DNA of 64,000 nucleotides from Eledone cirrhosa (taxonomy: Eukaryota): assembly GCA_964016885.1 (NCBI GenBank), contig OZ024741.1:55366001-55430000 (forward strand), written 5' to 3'. Below, piece by piece: positions 13,205-25,679 of the stretch (position 1 is its first letter; each line of letters opens with the position of its first letter). The position numbers were made by a program, and so were the translations under genes. The notes under the pieces were generated by a model that worked only from the letters and a program-made list of their open reading frames with translations, was not told the origin of the DNA and did no database searches.

Positions 13205-13380
13205 AGTGATAGAACACTTGTGGTTATATCCGCAGTAGTAGAGCAGTAGTAGAGCACTCAGTCCATGGAACGAGTTTGGTAGAAGTGGTTCCACAACTGT
13301 TAATCCACCATTTCATACAACAATTTGTTGAGGTGAAACACGTTATTCTCGGAAATGGCGGATTAACTGTTGTGTAACTG
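13205..13380. mobile_element. Foldback insertion related to the 4645-4860 family
   Basis: Antisense tail AACCACTTCTACC.AACTCGT.CCATGGA.TGAGTGCTCTAC matches 4783-4824; inverted pair ~13293-13314 / 13352-13373. Confidence 0.75.
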
Positions 13381-14296
13381 CTCCTCTCTATCTCTCTCTT
13401 CCCCCCCCTCTCTCTCTTTATATATATATATATATATATGAGTGGGTGTGTTTGTGTGTGCATTTACCTATGTCTATGTTACTAAACATTCCACACAGAA
13501 ATCAGACCTTAAAAAATACTGTGTTCGATATGATAAAGGTGGTGCTCTAGCATGGCTGCAGTTTAATGACTGAAGTCAATAAAAGACTGCAGGCATGTTA
13601 TGTATATATATCTAGCTGTATCTGGCAACGAGTAAGCCACTATTTAATCACGCCTAGAAATCTTCTCATTAATCACACACAGTCGTCATAAAACAAAGGA
13701 GACCTTGTATCATATTAGCTATGCTGCACTCTGTCCAGTAAGATATTACCTCGGGAATGCTTTTGATTATAACCTTGCTCAATCAAAGCTGACCTGAGAT
13801 TAAACAGCAACCGCAACAACATCGTGTTATGTGGTGTCATTGTGTGACTTCTCAACTTGTAATAAATGGTAGTCAAATCTTACTCAAATCCCACTATATC
13901 GCCTAAAAACCGATGCACTGCTCATACAAGATAATATATTTCAAGATTTATTATCTCTGTTGAAAAGATGTTATCATCATATTTGTACATCAGCCGGATC
14001 CTGGATGACTTTGTCTAAATATACACAACAATTATACTACGATCCTTTCAAAATCTTAAGCACCCGACCGGGTCACTATTTCTAACAAAATCCTGTCATA
14101 TACTTCGTGAATTTATTGGTAACATAATTAATATAGAGAGCCATGATATCTGAATTTATTAAATTCCATCAGTAATGAGATAATCTACTATACAGGAGAT
14201 ACTGCTCTGCCAACACCACTGAAGCAAGTCGTTCCAGGTGTGAATCCTTCGTCATGCACGACTAACGGGTGTGAAAATCATTTATTCATATATATA

Positions 14297-14672
14297 TTGT
14301 GTATATGTTGGTTGTTTACCGACACCTCAGTATTCATATTGGAGCACTCGACGAAGTACTCAGCTTGGTTTGGTTACTCCGGAGTAATGTAAAATAATTA
14401 AGTGGACATATCGGAGTTTTGACGGAGAAAAACACTTCAACATGTGACGCCAAAATTCGTTTGTTCGAATTCATATGATTTCAGTTCCTCAGAGAAATAA
14501 CAACCAGGAGCTGGACATATCGTATCTGTCTCTACCACATGTGTACCTGTCTCTACCACACCAATTCGGACTGCCTGAAGAGGTCACAGCTAATGTGACA
14601 CCGAAATATATATAGCAGTACATCTCTAATAAACGAAGCCAAATTTTAAATATTTGACTTAATTATTTTATA
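14297..14672. mobile_element. Two-arm PLE-type insertion, same family as 25680-25860
   Basis: 14297-14403 is antisense to the 25748-25855 tail; the right arm carries an HHR then AAACGAAGCCAAATTTTAAA.ATTTGACTTA. Confidence 0.8.
14570..14619 (+). ncRNA. Type I hammerhead ribozyme
   Basis: actgc CTGAAGA ggtcaca-gctaa-tgtgacacc GAAA tatata TA gcagt. Confidence 0.88.
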
Positions 14673-14748
14673 TATATATATAGTTCACGGCCAAGAGAAA
14701 GAATATAACAGTTCTTGTCCTGTAGAATTTATTTCTATAATAAAATGA

Positions 14749-14878
<130 letters not shown>

Positions 14879-15656
14879 GTGTGTGCGTGTGTGTGTATAA
14901 CAAAGTGTTTATCGCTCTACATGGCTGAACACAAGAAATGTAAATCTGAATGTTTTTAATATTAATAATAACTAGCAGAAAATTACCCTTCAGGTGGTGT
15001 TCTGCTAGCATATGTAGTGTGTATATTGATATTATACGCAAGTATATATACATGTAGATATGATACATCAAATAACATCGTAATTGACAATATATAATAG
15101 ATAGAAATTGAAGAGAATCTGTGTTACACTGTCTTATGTAATCAGTAACGTAATCCATGATACATTAAAAAAAGATGATATTATATATAAACTGCATTAG
15201 GGGAAAATTAGTGACGGAAATATATGAATGTTTATTTAAGCGATCGATAGCCGGAAGTTTTGACATTTGAAAATTTAAAAAAAGTGAATCTTTAAATAAG
15301 CAATAAAAAATATTTAATCAAGAATGACGAAATTTAGCAGATAAATTATGTAATATTCATTCATTATTTATTCAAAGTAATCCAACTTATTTTACATACG
15401 GGATAAAAAATTATATTCTAGATGGAGTCCCGCACTCCTTACTTTATTATAGTTTAAATATTCGATTCGTTATGCAAACAGCCTCTTAAGCCCTGTGAGT
15501 AGATTGAGCTCGTCATTCTTGCTCGTGTGTTGACATATAAACAGTGCAGTATACTGCTTACCTGCCAAGTGTCAGAGTTGTGAAAATATATGAAAAGCGA
15601 GTAATGGCCAGATTTGCCATAGTCTAATGACAAATAACTTTATCGCTCTAGCTCCT

Positions 15657-16595
15657 CGACAGCAGCAGCAAATGTGCCGCCGCCACCACTACCACCATCA
15701 ACACTATCAGTAGAAGCACCAACAACGACAGCAGCAGCAAGTGTGCCACCACCACCAACACCATCAACACTATCAGTAGAAGCACCAACAACGACAGCAG
15801 CAGCAAATGTGCCGCCACCACTACCACCATCAACACTATCAGTAGAAGCACCAACAACGACAGCAGCAGCAAGTGTGCCACCACCACCAACACCATCAAC
15901 ACTATCAGTAGAAGCACCAACAACGACAGCAGCAGCAAATGTGCCGCCACCACTACCACCATCAACACTATCAGTAGAAGCACCAACAACGACAGCAGCA
16001 GCAAGTGTGCCACCACCACCACCAACACCATCAACACTATCAGTAGAAGCACCAACAACGGCAGCAGCAGCAAATGTGCCACCACCACTACCACCATCAA
16101 CACTATCAGTAGAAGCACCAACAACGACAGCAGCAGCAAGTGTGCCGCCGCCACCACTACCACCATCAACACTATCAGTAGAAGCACCAACAACGACAGC
16201 AGCAGCAAGTGTGCCGCCACCACCACCAACACCATCAACACTATCAGTAGAAGCATCACCAATAACAACAGCACCACTATCACCAACACCACCATCACCC
16301 CCTCACAATACCACCAATAACAACAGCACCACTATCACCAACACCACCATCACCCCCTCGCAATACCACCAATAACAACAGCACCACTATCACCAACACC
16401 ACCATCACCCCCTCGCAATACCACCAATAACAACAGCACCACCATCACCCTCTCGCAATACCACCAATAACAACAGCACCACTATCACCAACACCACCAT
16501 CACCCCCTCGCAATACCACCAATAACAACAGCACCACTATCACCAACACCACCATCACCCCCTCACAATACCACCAATAACAACAGCACCACTAT
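15657..16595. repeat. Compound CAC/CAG-rich minisatellite (63-69-bp units, then ~60-bp units)
   Basis: About 9 copies of ACAGCAGCAGCAA.TGTGCC...CACTATCAGTAGAAGCACCAACAACG, then CAATACCACCAATAACAACAGCACCACTATCACC... units. Confidence 0.9.
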
Positions 16596-16925
16596 CACCA
16601 CCACCACCACCACCACCACCACCACCACCACCACCACCACCACCACCACCACCAACACCACACACCACCACCACTACCACCACCACCACCACCAACACCA
16701 ACACCACCACCACCACCACACACCACCACTACCACCACCACCACCATCATCACCACCACCACCACCACCAACGTGATTGAGGTGGTGGTGGTGGTGGTGG
16801 TTGAGATGGTGGTGGTTGATGTGGTGGTGGTGTTGGTGTTGGTGGTGTTGGTGGTGGTAGTGGTGGTGGTGGTGGTGGTGGTGATTGATGTGGTGGTGGT
16901 GGTTGATGTGGTGGTGGTGGTGGTC
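16596..16925. repeat. (CAC)n switching to (GGT)n at ~16772
   Basis: Abrupt strand switch of the same trinucleotide class. Confidence 0.85.
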
Positions 16926-17030
16926 ATAATTGTTTATCTACCAGTTCAGCCTTAGCTTTGATATTTAAAACAGAAAAGATAACATATGTATATATATAGG
17001 TATGTATTGTGCATATTTGTATACACCCTC

Positions 17031-17096
<66 letters not shown>

Positions 17097-17344
17097 CCAT
17101 GGATATACATGCCTACATGTGAAAGGGTGCATTATTTATGGAAGGAAGAGAGCAGGTCCTGGTGACCTTTTTTGGACCTCCCAACTGAAGGATGTTTAAA
17201 CAAGACTGGGAACCCTCTACCTGTCTTAGACTCTGTATATTTAATATTTTCAGATATAACCTTTAAAATTTCACCGCTCTCAGAACCTACACCTCCAGGA
17301 TCATCACAAACTCCACCAACAAATCCTAAAATAAAACTCTCTCC

Positions 17345-17422
<78 letters not shown>

Positions 17423-17505
17423 TGGTCTCTTTCTCTCTCTATCTATCTATCTTTCTATATATCTCTCTTGCTCTATCTATCTATCTATCTATCTATCTTT
17501 GTCTC

Positions 17506-18771
17506 GGTTTGCAACTCGGCACGTGGAGGGGCAGACCGATGCCCTCCGATGGCGTCGTCGGACGCTGGACGGAGGGCCCGGTGAAGTTGCTCGGGGTCTG
17601 GTTCGGACCGGACCTCCAGGTGGAGAAAAACTGGGCGGAGGTTACGAACAGGGTGTTTGCACTGACCCAGAAGTCGGCCAGTTGCAAACTATCCCTGAAA
17701 GGTCGGGCGGAGGTGGCGAACACCTACATAGCGTCCGTCATCTACTACCGCCTGACCGTAGTGCCCTGCCCAAGGGAAACCCTCACCAAGATGGAGCGCG
17801 CGCTCTTCCAATTCCTTTGGCAGAGGCGGACTCCTATAGTGAGGAGATCAATCTGCTGTCAACACCCTTCGAAAGGAGGGCTGGGGATGCCGTGGCTAAT
17901 GATGCGTAAACTCGCATTAAGGCTACGGCACCTCTACGTATTCCTCACCGGACAACCGGTGTGGGCCTCGTTTGTGAAACGAACCTTTCCCAGACTCGTC
18001 TCACTCACCGAGCTGCAATCCTGGGTCAAGCAAAGACCGAGAAAACTGGGCGCCTGGCACACTGAGTGTGCCCAGGCGCTCACCGCCCTCTGGCAGGCGG
18101 ATCCGGTTATCAGTGGAGACTCCACCGCAACATTCTATAGAGGGCTGGTACGCAGCAGGTGCGACGACGCCCTCGGAGAAGCCCTAGACATGGAGGAGGA
18201 CGAACTGGCCAGCCTGTTCGGTAGGACATTCAGCCCGGGACCTATGGACAACTTCCAGAAGTCCCTGGCCTGGCAGTGCTACCGAGGGGCTTTACCCGTT
18301 CGAGAAAGGCTCTACAAACACGGGCGCCCGGGTAGGGACCCCGCCAAAAAGATCTGTCCCAGATGCGTGTGCGACGAGGAAACCGTTGCACACGCATTGG
18401 TACACTGCTCGGGCGTAGCCGATCTGTGGGGCTATGTCGAACAACTGCTGTCAAGGGTGGGACCGATCCGGTTGACCACCGAGTCTATTGTAATGATCAA
18501 GCCGCCTCCCCCCTTCAAAGATGAAGCAGAGGAGGTGTTTCTGTGCGTAATAGCCATGGCGAAAGAGGTTGTATGGTGGACGCGTCTGAAAGGACTGAGG
18601 TCAGGCACCTTTCTCTCTGGCCAACAACTGGTCCGTTTCTTCCGATATCATTTCGGAAGAAGGATCAGGATGGAGAGAGAGGTGCTGCACCCCAGCCGTT
18701 TCTATGAAAGATGGGTGAAAGTGGCGAGAATGGCCCGTGTGAATGGGCCTTCACTCTACATCAGACTATAG
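17506..18771 (+). CDS. Tx1-like ORF2 C-terminal portion (RT thumb region and zf-RVT), partial
   Basis: VKLLGVWFG...LSLKGRAEVAN...FLW...GGLGMP...W....ALP....CPRC...ETVAHALVHC; stop-free for ~420 codons. The annotated N-terminus from 17422 is translated microsatellite. Confidence 0.85.
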   Translation, partial: GLQLGTWRGRPMPSDGVVGRWTEGPVKLLGVWFGPDLQVEKNWAEVTNRVFALTQKSASCKLSLKGRAEVANTYIASVIYYRLTVVPCPRETLTKMERALFQFLWQRRTPIVRRSICCQHPSKGGLGMPWLMMRKLALRLRHLYVFLTGQPVWASFVKRTFPRLVSLTELQSWVKQRPRKLGAWHTECAQALTALWQADPVISGDSTATFYRGLVRSRCDDALGEALDMEEDELASLFGRTFSPGPMDNFQKSLAWQCYRGALPVRERLYKHGRPGRDPAKKICPRCVCDEETVAHALVHCSGVADLWGYVEQLLSRVGPIRLTTESIVMIKPPPPFKDEAEEVFLCVIAMAKEVVWWTRLKGLRSGTFLSGQQLVRFFRYHFGRRIRMEREVLHPSRFYERWVKVARMARVNGPSLYIRL

Positions 18772-19033
18772 GTGAGGAAGATGAAAGACCAAGGGAGCAC
18801 CCCTTCTCTGTGCTCCTGAGGAGAAGGGTTGCACACTTTTTTCGGGGGTGTGTGCGACCCCCCAAGGCGCCTCCTCTCTATTGAGATTTTGTTATAAATT
18901 TTATTTTTTGTTATATCTTATTTTATTTTTATATTTTGTTATTGCCTCCTCCTTATTGAGGACGCCTTTTTGTGTAAACTCCCCCTTTGTACTTGTCCCA
19001 CTTTTGATGCCCTAGTGGCAAATAAAAGAAACA
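17506..19033 (+). mobile_element. 5'-truncated Tx1-clade (L1 group) LINE in (TC)n
   Basis: RT C-terminal region plus CCHC finger, AATAAA at 19021, and a 16-bp TSD TATCTATCTTTGTCTC at 17490-17505 and 19034-19049. Confidence 0.88.
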
Positions 19034-19107
19034 TATCTATCTTTGTCTCTCTCTCTTTCTCTCTCACTCTCTCTCTTTGTCTATCTCTCTCTCTCTCTAT
19101 CTCTCTT

Positions 19108-19144
<37 letters not shown>

Positions 19145-19860
19145 GTCTCTCTCTATCAGCTGTAGAAATGAGATGATAGGACTGGGGTCCCTATCATAAA
19201 ATTACCCAAGACACCTCCAAATACATATACCTTGGAGGACGCCAGCTAAACCTGTATAGGTGTGAGCTGTCACACACACACACACACACACATAGTGTGG
19301 TCGTAATTGGTTTTAAGACCTAGACCGTTTCTGATGAAAGCCCCCAAATTTACCTAATATTAATAGAGAATTATCACGACACAGGAAGCTGCAGGATTAT
19401 GAAAAGGCCCCTACATGTGTATTATAATACAGCTAGAAACTTGCCAAATCCATCTCATTCGTTGCTAAATATTCTAGCATGTGAGGAATGCTCAAGTTCT
19501 GGCGTTAGCCGTCTCAATGGCAGCAACGCTAATGAAATGATTTAAGCTTTAAAACCACTTTACATTGGATAATTTAAACCTGGTGGACCCCATCTCTCCC
19601 CATGTCTGAATACTGCCGATTTCATTCTAAGAGGAGAGACAGAGAGACAAAGAGTTGTTGAAGAATCGGCCCCATTACTAGGCAGATACGTTATTATTTG
19701 ACCCCGAAAGGGGAAAAGGGAAAGTTGCACTCAGGAAGCATAGAACCGGTAGAAATAACACAAAACACCGTATCAGACGCTCTAACGACTCAGATGCCTA
19801 CTACTCTCTACCACCGAAAAGACACACACACACACATACATACATATATATATATATATA

Positions 19861-20560
19861 CTAGCAGAATGGCCCGGCATTGATCGGGCTTCTAAACATA
19901 GATTGGCATGTTTATCCCTCCTTTCTGAAACAGTACAGAAAAGTACGGAATACCTCGGCCTGAGGATGGTGTCTACATTTTGTGCTTAGGCAAATTATTT
20001 TCCATTAAGATTTTTCAAAAACGTTCCCTCCCTTTTTTGTTGTTGATTTTGCTGCTGTTGGTGTGATAGCAGCTGTTGGTCGTACTACCAACACAATCTC
20101 GTCCTTCTTCAGCCAATCGTGTATATCCCATTCTGCCTCATCTACCTAAACAATAATTGTAGCACCTTCTTGTACACAATGTTCCTTGTTCTTCCGTGTC
20201 GGGCATATGTAAAGAGATTTGTCTTACTTCCCACTCTTGAGCAGCCAATGTATAGTTGCCCGTGTGAAAAACATGACTCTTCCAAAAGAAGACCAGCAAC
20301 AGCTAGGGTCTGACCCTGGGATTTGTTGATAGACATTGCAAAGCTGACACAGTTCGGCGAATGGTTCGTTGGTTGTCTGTTTCAAGTGCTCTTCTGGTGG
20401 CAGTATGTTCAGCATCTTGCGACCGTCGAATAGCAGATTCCACTGACGATTCGTTTTCCCGCCTTGTTCTTTTTCTTGCCGCTTTCGCAGTATTTCGGCC
20501 AATGGAGAATCTCTTCCTTTGAGGCATGACCTAAAAGCAGGACGAAGTACACTAAGACTA
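19861..20560 (-). mobile_element. Internally deleted Helitron (5' boundary uncertain)
   Basis: Minus-strand 3' end GCCCGATCAATGCCGGGC hairpin then CTAG|T; PIF1 helicase C-terminus; RepHel-like basic N-terminus directly upstream. Confidence 0.85.
20142..20345 (-). pseudogene. Helitron PIF1-family helicase C-terminal fragment
   Basis: FAMSINKSQGQTL...CFSHGQLYIGCSRVG...TRNIVYKKVL. Confidence 0.9.
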
Positions 20561-20771
20561 ACTGGTAGAGTAAGGAGTAAACACGTCAGTGATGCATGTA
20601 ATTTCCGAACAGCGGACTATGTAATTGCTGGCCTTGTCCCAAAAGTAGTGGGATTTTTTGAGTGGCATGTCGGCAGTAACAATGACGTAGAGCCGTCTGT
20701 GCTTTAGTGAAATAAATACGTTTGTTTATATTTTGATTTTGTGTATGCAAAAATATCTGTACACGAATATA

Positions 20772-20851
<80 letters not shown>

Positions 20852-20865
20852 TATATTCGTGTATT

Positions 20866-21110
20866 GTAGCGTAGGACAGAACAAAGGAGAGGCACAAAAC
20901 AAAGAAAAGAATCGCCAGTCACCGAAGAGGTCACATAATGTGTGACGAAAGAACTTTGACAATATATGAACAACTGTCCGGTTGTGGGACCAACCAACCA
21001 ACCGAAAATTTACAAATTTCTTAAATTTATAAATTTAATTTATAATAAATTGGAGTGGAAAGCAACTGGTGCGTGTATTTCTTATTGGCAACATGACCCT
21101 CCCAAAGTAT

Positions 21111-21115
<5 letters not shown>
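20866..21115 (+). mobile_element. PLE-type 3' fragment with HHR-like motif (20918-20960)
   Basis: gtca CCGAAGA g gtcaca-taatg-tgtgac GAAA gaac TT tgac; antisense homologue at 27058-27393. Confidence 0.75.
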
Positions 21116-21163
<48 letters not shown>

Positions 21164-21170
<7 letters not shown>

Positions 21171-22761
21171 AATAAAGTTAATATGTCTAAGGGTACTAGG
21201 TACCCCCAGAAATACATAGGTTGTCTATGATTCAAGGTGGTTCGATGGTATTAATTTGATATACCAGAACTAAATATCAAGATAAGCAGAACAAGTAAAA
21301 TTCAACCAATTTTTCAAAATAAATCAAAATTAATTTAAAATTAAAATTAATTAAAATTAAAAAATATAATATAAATATTTACCTATTCAGATGGCCCTTA
21401 CTGTACAGTTTCACTTTGCAAAACATTAGATATCCTATGGATATTAATGGAAAAACAAAGATCATCAGAGAAGCATTTTCCTTTCCTAGGGTTAAAAACC
21501 CAGGAACGATAAAATATATGACTTCTTCGCCAGCTAACACAGGCCTGAAAGGTCGTAAAAGTAACCCGTATGTACTCCGGATTGAAGTGAAGGCGGGAAA
21601 CCATAGACTTGTTGTCTATAGTTGCTACTAAAAAATAGCAGCTAAATAGAACAACAGATTTGTTCTCTACATAACGGAGTATAATGAATAAAGTTAATAT
21701 GTCTAAGGGTACTAGGTACCCCCAGAAATACATAGGTTGTCTATGATTCAAGGTGGTTCGATGGTATTAATTTGATATACCAGAACTTAATATCAAGATA
21801 AGCAGAACAAGTAAAATTCAACCAATTTTTCAAATTAAATCAAAATTAATTTAAAATTAAAATTAATTAAAATTAAAAAATATAATATAAATATTTACCT
21901 ATTCAGATGGCCCTTACTGTACAGTTTCACTTTGCAAAACATTAGATATCCTATGGATATTAATGGAAAAACAAAGATCATCAGAGAAGCATTTTCCTTT
22001 CCTAGGGTTAAAAACTCAGGAACGATAAAATATATGACCTCTTCGCCAGCTAACACAGGCCTTCTCTGATGATCTTTGTTTTTCCATTAATATCCATAGG
22101 ATATCTAATGTTTTGCAAAATGTAACTGTACAGTAAGGGCCATCTGAATAGGCAAATATTTATATTATATTTTTTAATTTTAATTAATTTTAATTTTAAA
22201 TTAATTTTGATTTATTTTGAAAAATTGGTTGAATTTTACTTGTTCTGCTTATCTTGATATTAAGTTCTGGTATATCAAATTAATACCATCGAACCACCTT
22301 GAATCATAGACAACCTATGTATTTCTGGGGGTACCTAGTACCCTTAGACATATTAACTTTATTCATTATACTCCGTTATGTAGAGAACAAATCTGTTGTT
22401 CTATTTAGCTGCTATTTTTTTAGTAGCAACTATAGACAACAAGTCTATGGTTTCCCGCCTTCACTTCAGTCCGGCGTACATACGGGTCACTTTTACGACC
22501 TTTCAGGCCTGTGTTAGCTTGCGAAGAGGTCATATAATTTATCGTTCCTGGGTTTTTAACCCTAGGAAAGGAAAATGCTTCTCTTATGATCTTTGTTTTT
22601 CCATTAATATCCATAGGATATCTAATGTTTTGCAAAGTGAAACTGTACAGTAAGGGCCATCTGAATAGGTAAATATTTATATTATATTTTTTAATTTTAA
22701 TTTTAAATTAATTTTGATTTATTTTGAAAAATTGGTTGAATTTTACTTGTTCTGCTTATCT

Positions 22762-22767
<6 letters not shown>
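21164..22767. mobile_element. Retrozyme-like tandem of a ~516-bp HHR-containing unit (1.7 antisense plus 1.4 sense copies)
   Basis: Period 21170 to 21686; inversion junction at 22061-22062; the right arm also wraps around the unit (22065 to 22582); both ends in (TA)n. Confidence 0.9.
21391..21476 (-). ncRNA. Type I hammerhead ribozyme with extended stem II (second intact copy at 21907-21992)
   Basis: atgcttct CTGATGA tctttg...caaagt GAAA ctgtacag TA agggccat; stem III is the palindrome ACTGTACAGT. The two right-arm copies each carry a core mutation (GTAA; CTTATGA). Confidence 0.85.
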
Positions 22768-22817
<50 letters not shown>

Positions 22818-22826
<9 letters not shown>

Positions 22827-23190
22827 CTTTAAGTCTCAGTCATTGTTATTTAAATGGAAGGTTTGTTGAAATGAATATCAAGCCACTACCTGCAGCCTCA
22901 GGCATTCAGGACGTATCGGAGCGCGCCTTTTGAAGTGTTCCAAAAAGCGGGGCTGGACTAATCTTCTTTAACCATCCTTGGAATCTCTTTGAGATAGTAC
23001 CTAGAGCGCCTATGACAATCGGGCGACCTTGATCTCATGGCAGTTCCAAATCCTTTTTAACTCCTACTTTAAATCCTGGTATCGGTTAATTTTCTCCCAC
23101 TCCTTTTCTTGCACTTTCGTATCAAATAGGCAGGCTACATCTACAATCAAGCACGATCTTTTTTCCTTGTCCAAAACCACACGATCGGAG
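22818..23190 (-). mobile_element. R4/Dong-like non-LTR retrotransposon 3' fragment (restriction-like endonuclease pseudogene)
   Basis: Manual translation: DRVVLDKEKRSCLIVDVACLFDTKVQEKEWEKINRYQDLK*ELKRIW...(frameshift)PIVIGALGTISK...LQKA. Confidence 0.8.
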
Positions 23191-23312
23191 GCCATAATCA
23201 GTTGATTCGGGTTTATTTAAAACTCCGTTATACATATTTCATTGAGGACTATCAGTTATGATAGCCTGAGCTCTTCAGACGGTAAAATCTATAAAAACTT
23301 GAAAACTTGGAA

Positions 23313-23357
<45 letters not shown>

Positions 23358-23742
23358 ATATTTGAAAAAAGGAAAAGATTGACTTCACTTGTAGTTCTAA
23401 ACAATTTGATTTAATTTTATAATATTATAATTTTACAATCTAGTTTTGTAGATCTAGTAAGTTCTTTGTTAACTTCGGAGGGAAAATTTTTAAAGATCCG
23501 TGGTTAACTTTCCTAGAGAACTTTCTCACATTCGTCGGTGGCGATTGTCAAACTGAGATCAAGGAAAGTTAACCAGGAATCTTTAAAAATCTTCCCTCCG
23601 AAGTTAACAAAGAACTTACTAGATCTACAAAACCTAATTGCAAAATTATTATATTATAAAATTAAATCAAATTGTTTAAAAAAACAAGTGAAGTCATTCT
23701 TTTCCTTTTTTCAAATATACCTAACTGAACCAAGGACCTCAC
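23358..23742. mobile_element. Foldback insertion; family also at 24800-25141 (-) and 26580-26845 (+)
   Basis: 23358-23514 is the inverted copy of 23562-23719; no canonical HHR core seen. Confidence 0.8.
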
Positions 23743-23770
23743 ACATTTTCATATATATATATATATATAT

Positions 23771-23951
23771 ATAACGAAGGAAATGTGGTAAGGAACCAGG
23801 TGGACCATAACGCACCAAAGTACTCAATACTTAGGGTAGTATAGTGGGTAATAGGAACAAGTAAGACCCCGACGGCTGAGCTCAAGCCGTTTCGACAGTC
23901 CAGAATTAGCCGTCGAAACGGCTTGAGCTCAGCCGTCGGGGTCTTACTTGT

Positions 23952-23955
<4 letters not shown>
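23771..23955. mobile_element. Foldback insertion, 9328 family, long arm on the left
   Basis: Antisense tail plus palindrome centred near 23897. Confidence 0.85.
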
Positions 23956-24039
<84 letters not shown>

Positions 24040-24043
<4 letters not shown>

Positions 24044-24230
24044 CGAAGGAAGTGTGGTAAGGAACCAGGTGCACCAGAGTACTCGATTACTTTCGGTAGT
24101 AGGGTGGGTAATAGGAAAAGGTTCACAATCCCGACGGCAGAGCTCAAGCCGTTTCGATGGCTATTTCTGGAGTCAAGAAATAGCCGTCGAAACGGCTTGA
24201 GCTCAGCCGCCGGGGTACTGAACATTTTCA
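24040..24230. mobile_element. Foldback insertion, diverged 9328-family member
   Basis: Palindrome centred near 24173 with the same GAAACGGCTTGAGCTCAGCCG motif. Confidence 0.8.
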
Positions 24231-24872
24231 TATATATATATATACACTGCATACATATATATTAATGTCATATATTTCTCTTTATGCATTGTTCCGTTTT
24301 TAAATATTTTTGTCAGAGTTTTTTAAGAGAGGTTAGAGGGGGATGTATTCTGATATTCTCCGAAGTCTGTGGAATGGTATAATAGTTGGAGTTACTTTAG
24401 TTGTTGGTTGGTAACGGAAGAGGTGTTTAGTTCCTTGTGTTATTGTGTTTATGTCATCTTAACGATTCCGTCTGCGAGAGTTTATTGTGAATAGCAACAG
24501 GCTTTGTATGGAAGGACGGGGGTTGGGGGCTGGGATTTCTAGGTGTATTCTCTGCCTGAACAACTGGAGGATAACAGAAAATACTCAACTTTAGCGGGTT
24601 TTGTCCTGTTTCTATCGTAAATGTTGAATAAACCTTACATACACACACGAAATTACACATATATAATATATATACATCTCCGAGCTACACACTCTATCAA
24701 GTAACATTACTCCAAAGACCTTTCAGAGGAACCCCATTTCGGCCGCTTGTATTCGTGATCGTATTATTTCAAATATGGATATATATATATATATATATAT
24801 ATATTTGAAAAAAAGGAAAAGAATGACTTCACTTGTAGTGTTAAAAATTTTATGATTTAATGTTATAATATA

Positions 24873-25035
24873 ATTGTTTCTACAATAGGCACAAGGCCAG
24901 CAATTATCCCAGTGTATTACTGGTACTTTATTTTATTGACCCCGTAAGGATGAAAGGCAAAGTTAACCTCGGCGGGATTTGAACTCAGACCATAAAGGGC
25001 CGTAACTCTATGCTGCAAAGTATGGCGCCCGACCC
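24873..25035 (-). mobile_element. SINE nested within a 23358-family copy
   Basis: SINE core interrupts the host element's TTATAATA repeat; host sequence resumes at ~25036. Confidence 0.85.
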
Positions 25036-25299
25036 TATATTATAATATTATGAGTTGGTAGATCCAGGAAGTTCTTTGTTAACTTCGGTGGGAAGAATTT
25101 TAGAGATTCCTGGTTAACTTGGGTTGGAGAACTTTCTCGCATGTATGGTATATGTGTAAAATATATATATATATGGGGTGTGTATATGGTATATATATAT
25201 ATGTATATTTGTATGTAGAAAAAATATATGTGTGTGTATATGTGGTGTATATATATGTATATAGGTATGTGTTTGAAATATATGCATACGTATGTATAG

Positions 25300-25360
<61 letters not shown>

Positions 25361-25679
25361 ATGTATATATGTATATGTACGTATTTGTATGCATGTATGT
25401 ATACGTATGTATGTATGTAGAAAATATATATTTGTATGTATGTGAGATATATATATATATATATATATATATGTGTATGTGTATGTATACATATATATGT
25501 GTGTATGTGCGTGTGTGTGTATGTATATATATGTATATATATATATATAAATAAATATATATATGTGTGTTTGTAAAATATGTATATATGTGTTTGGTGT
25601 ATGTATATATGTGTGGTATGTGTATATATATATATATACATATAAAATAAAATAAAATAAAATAAAATAAAAATAAAAT

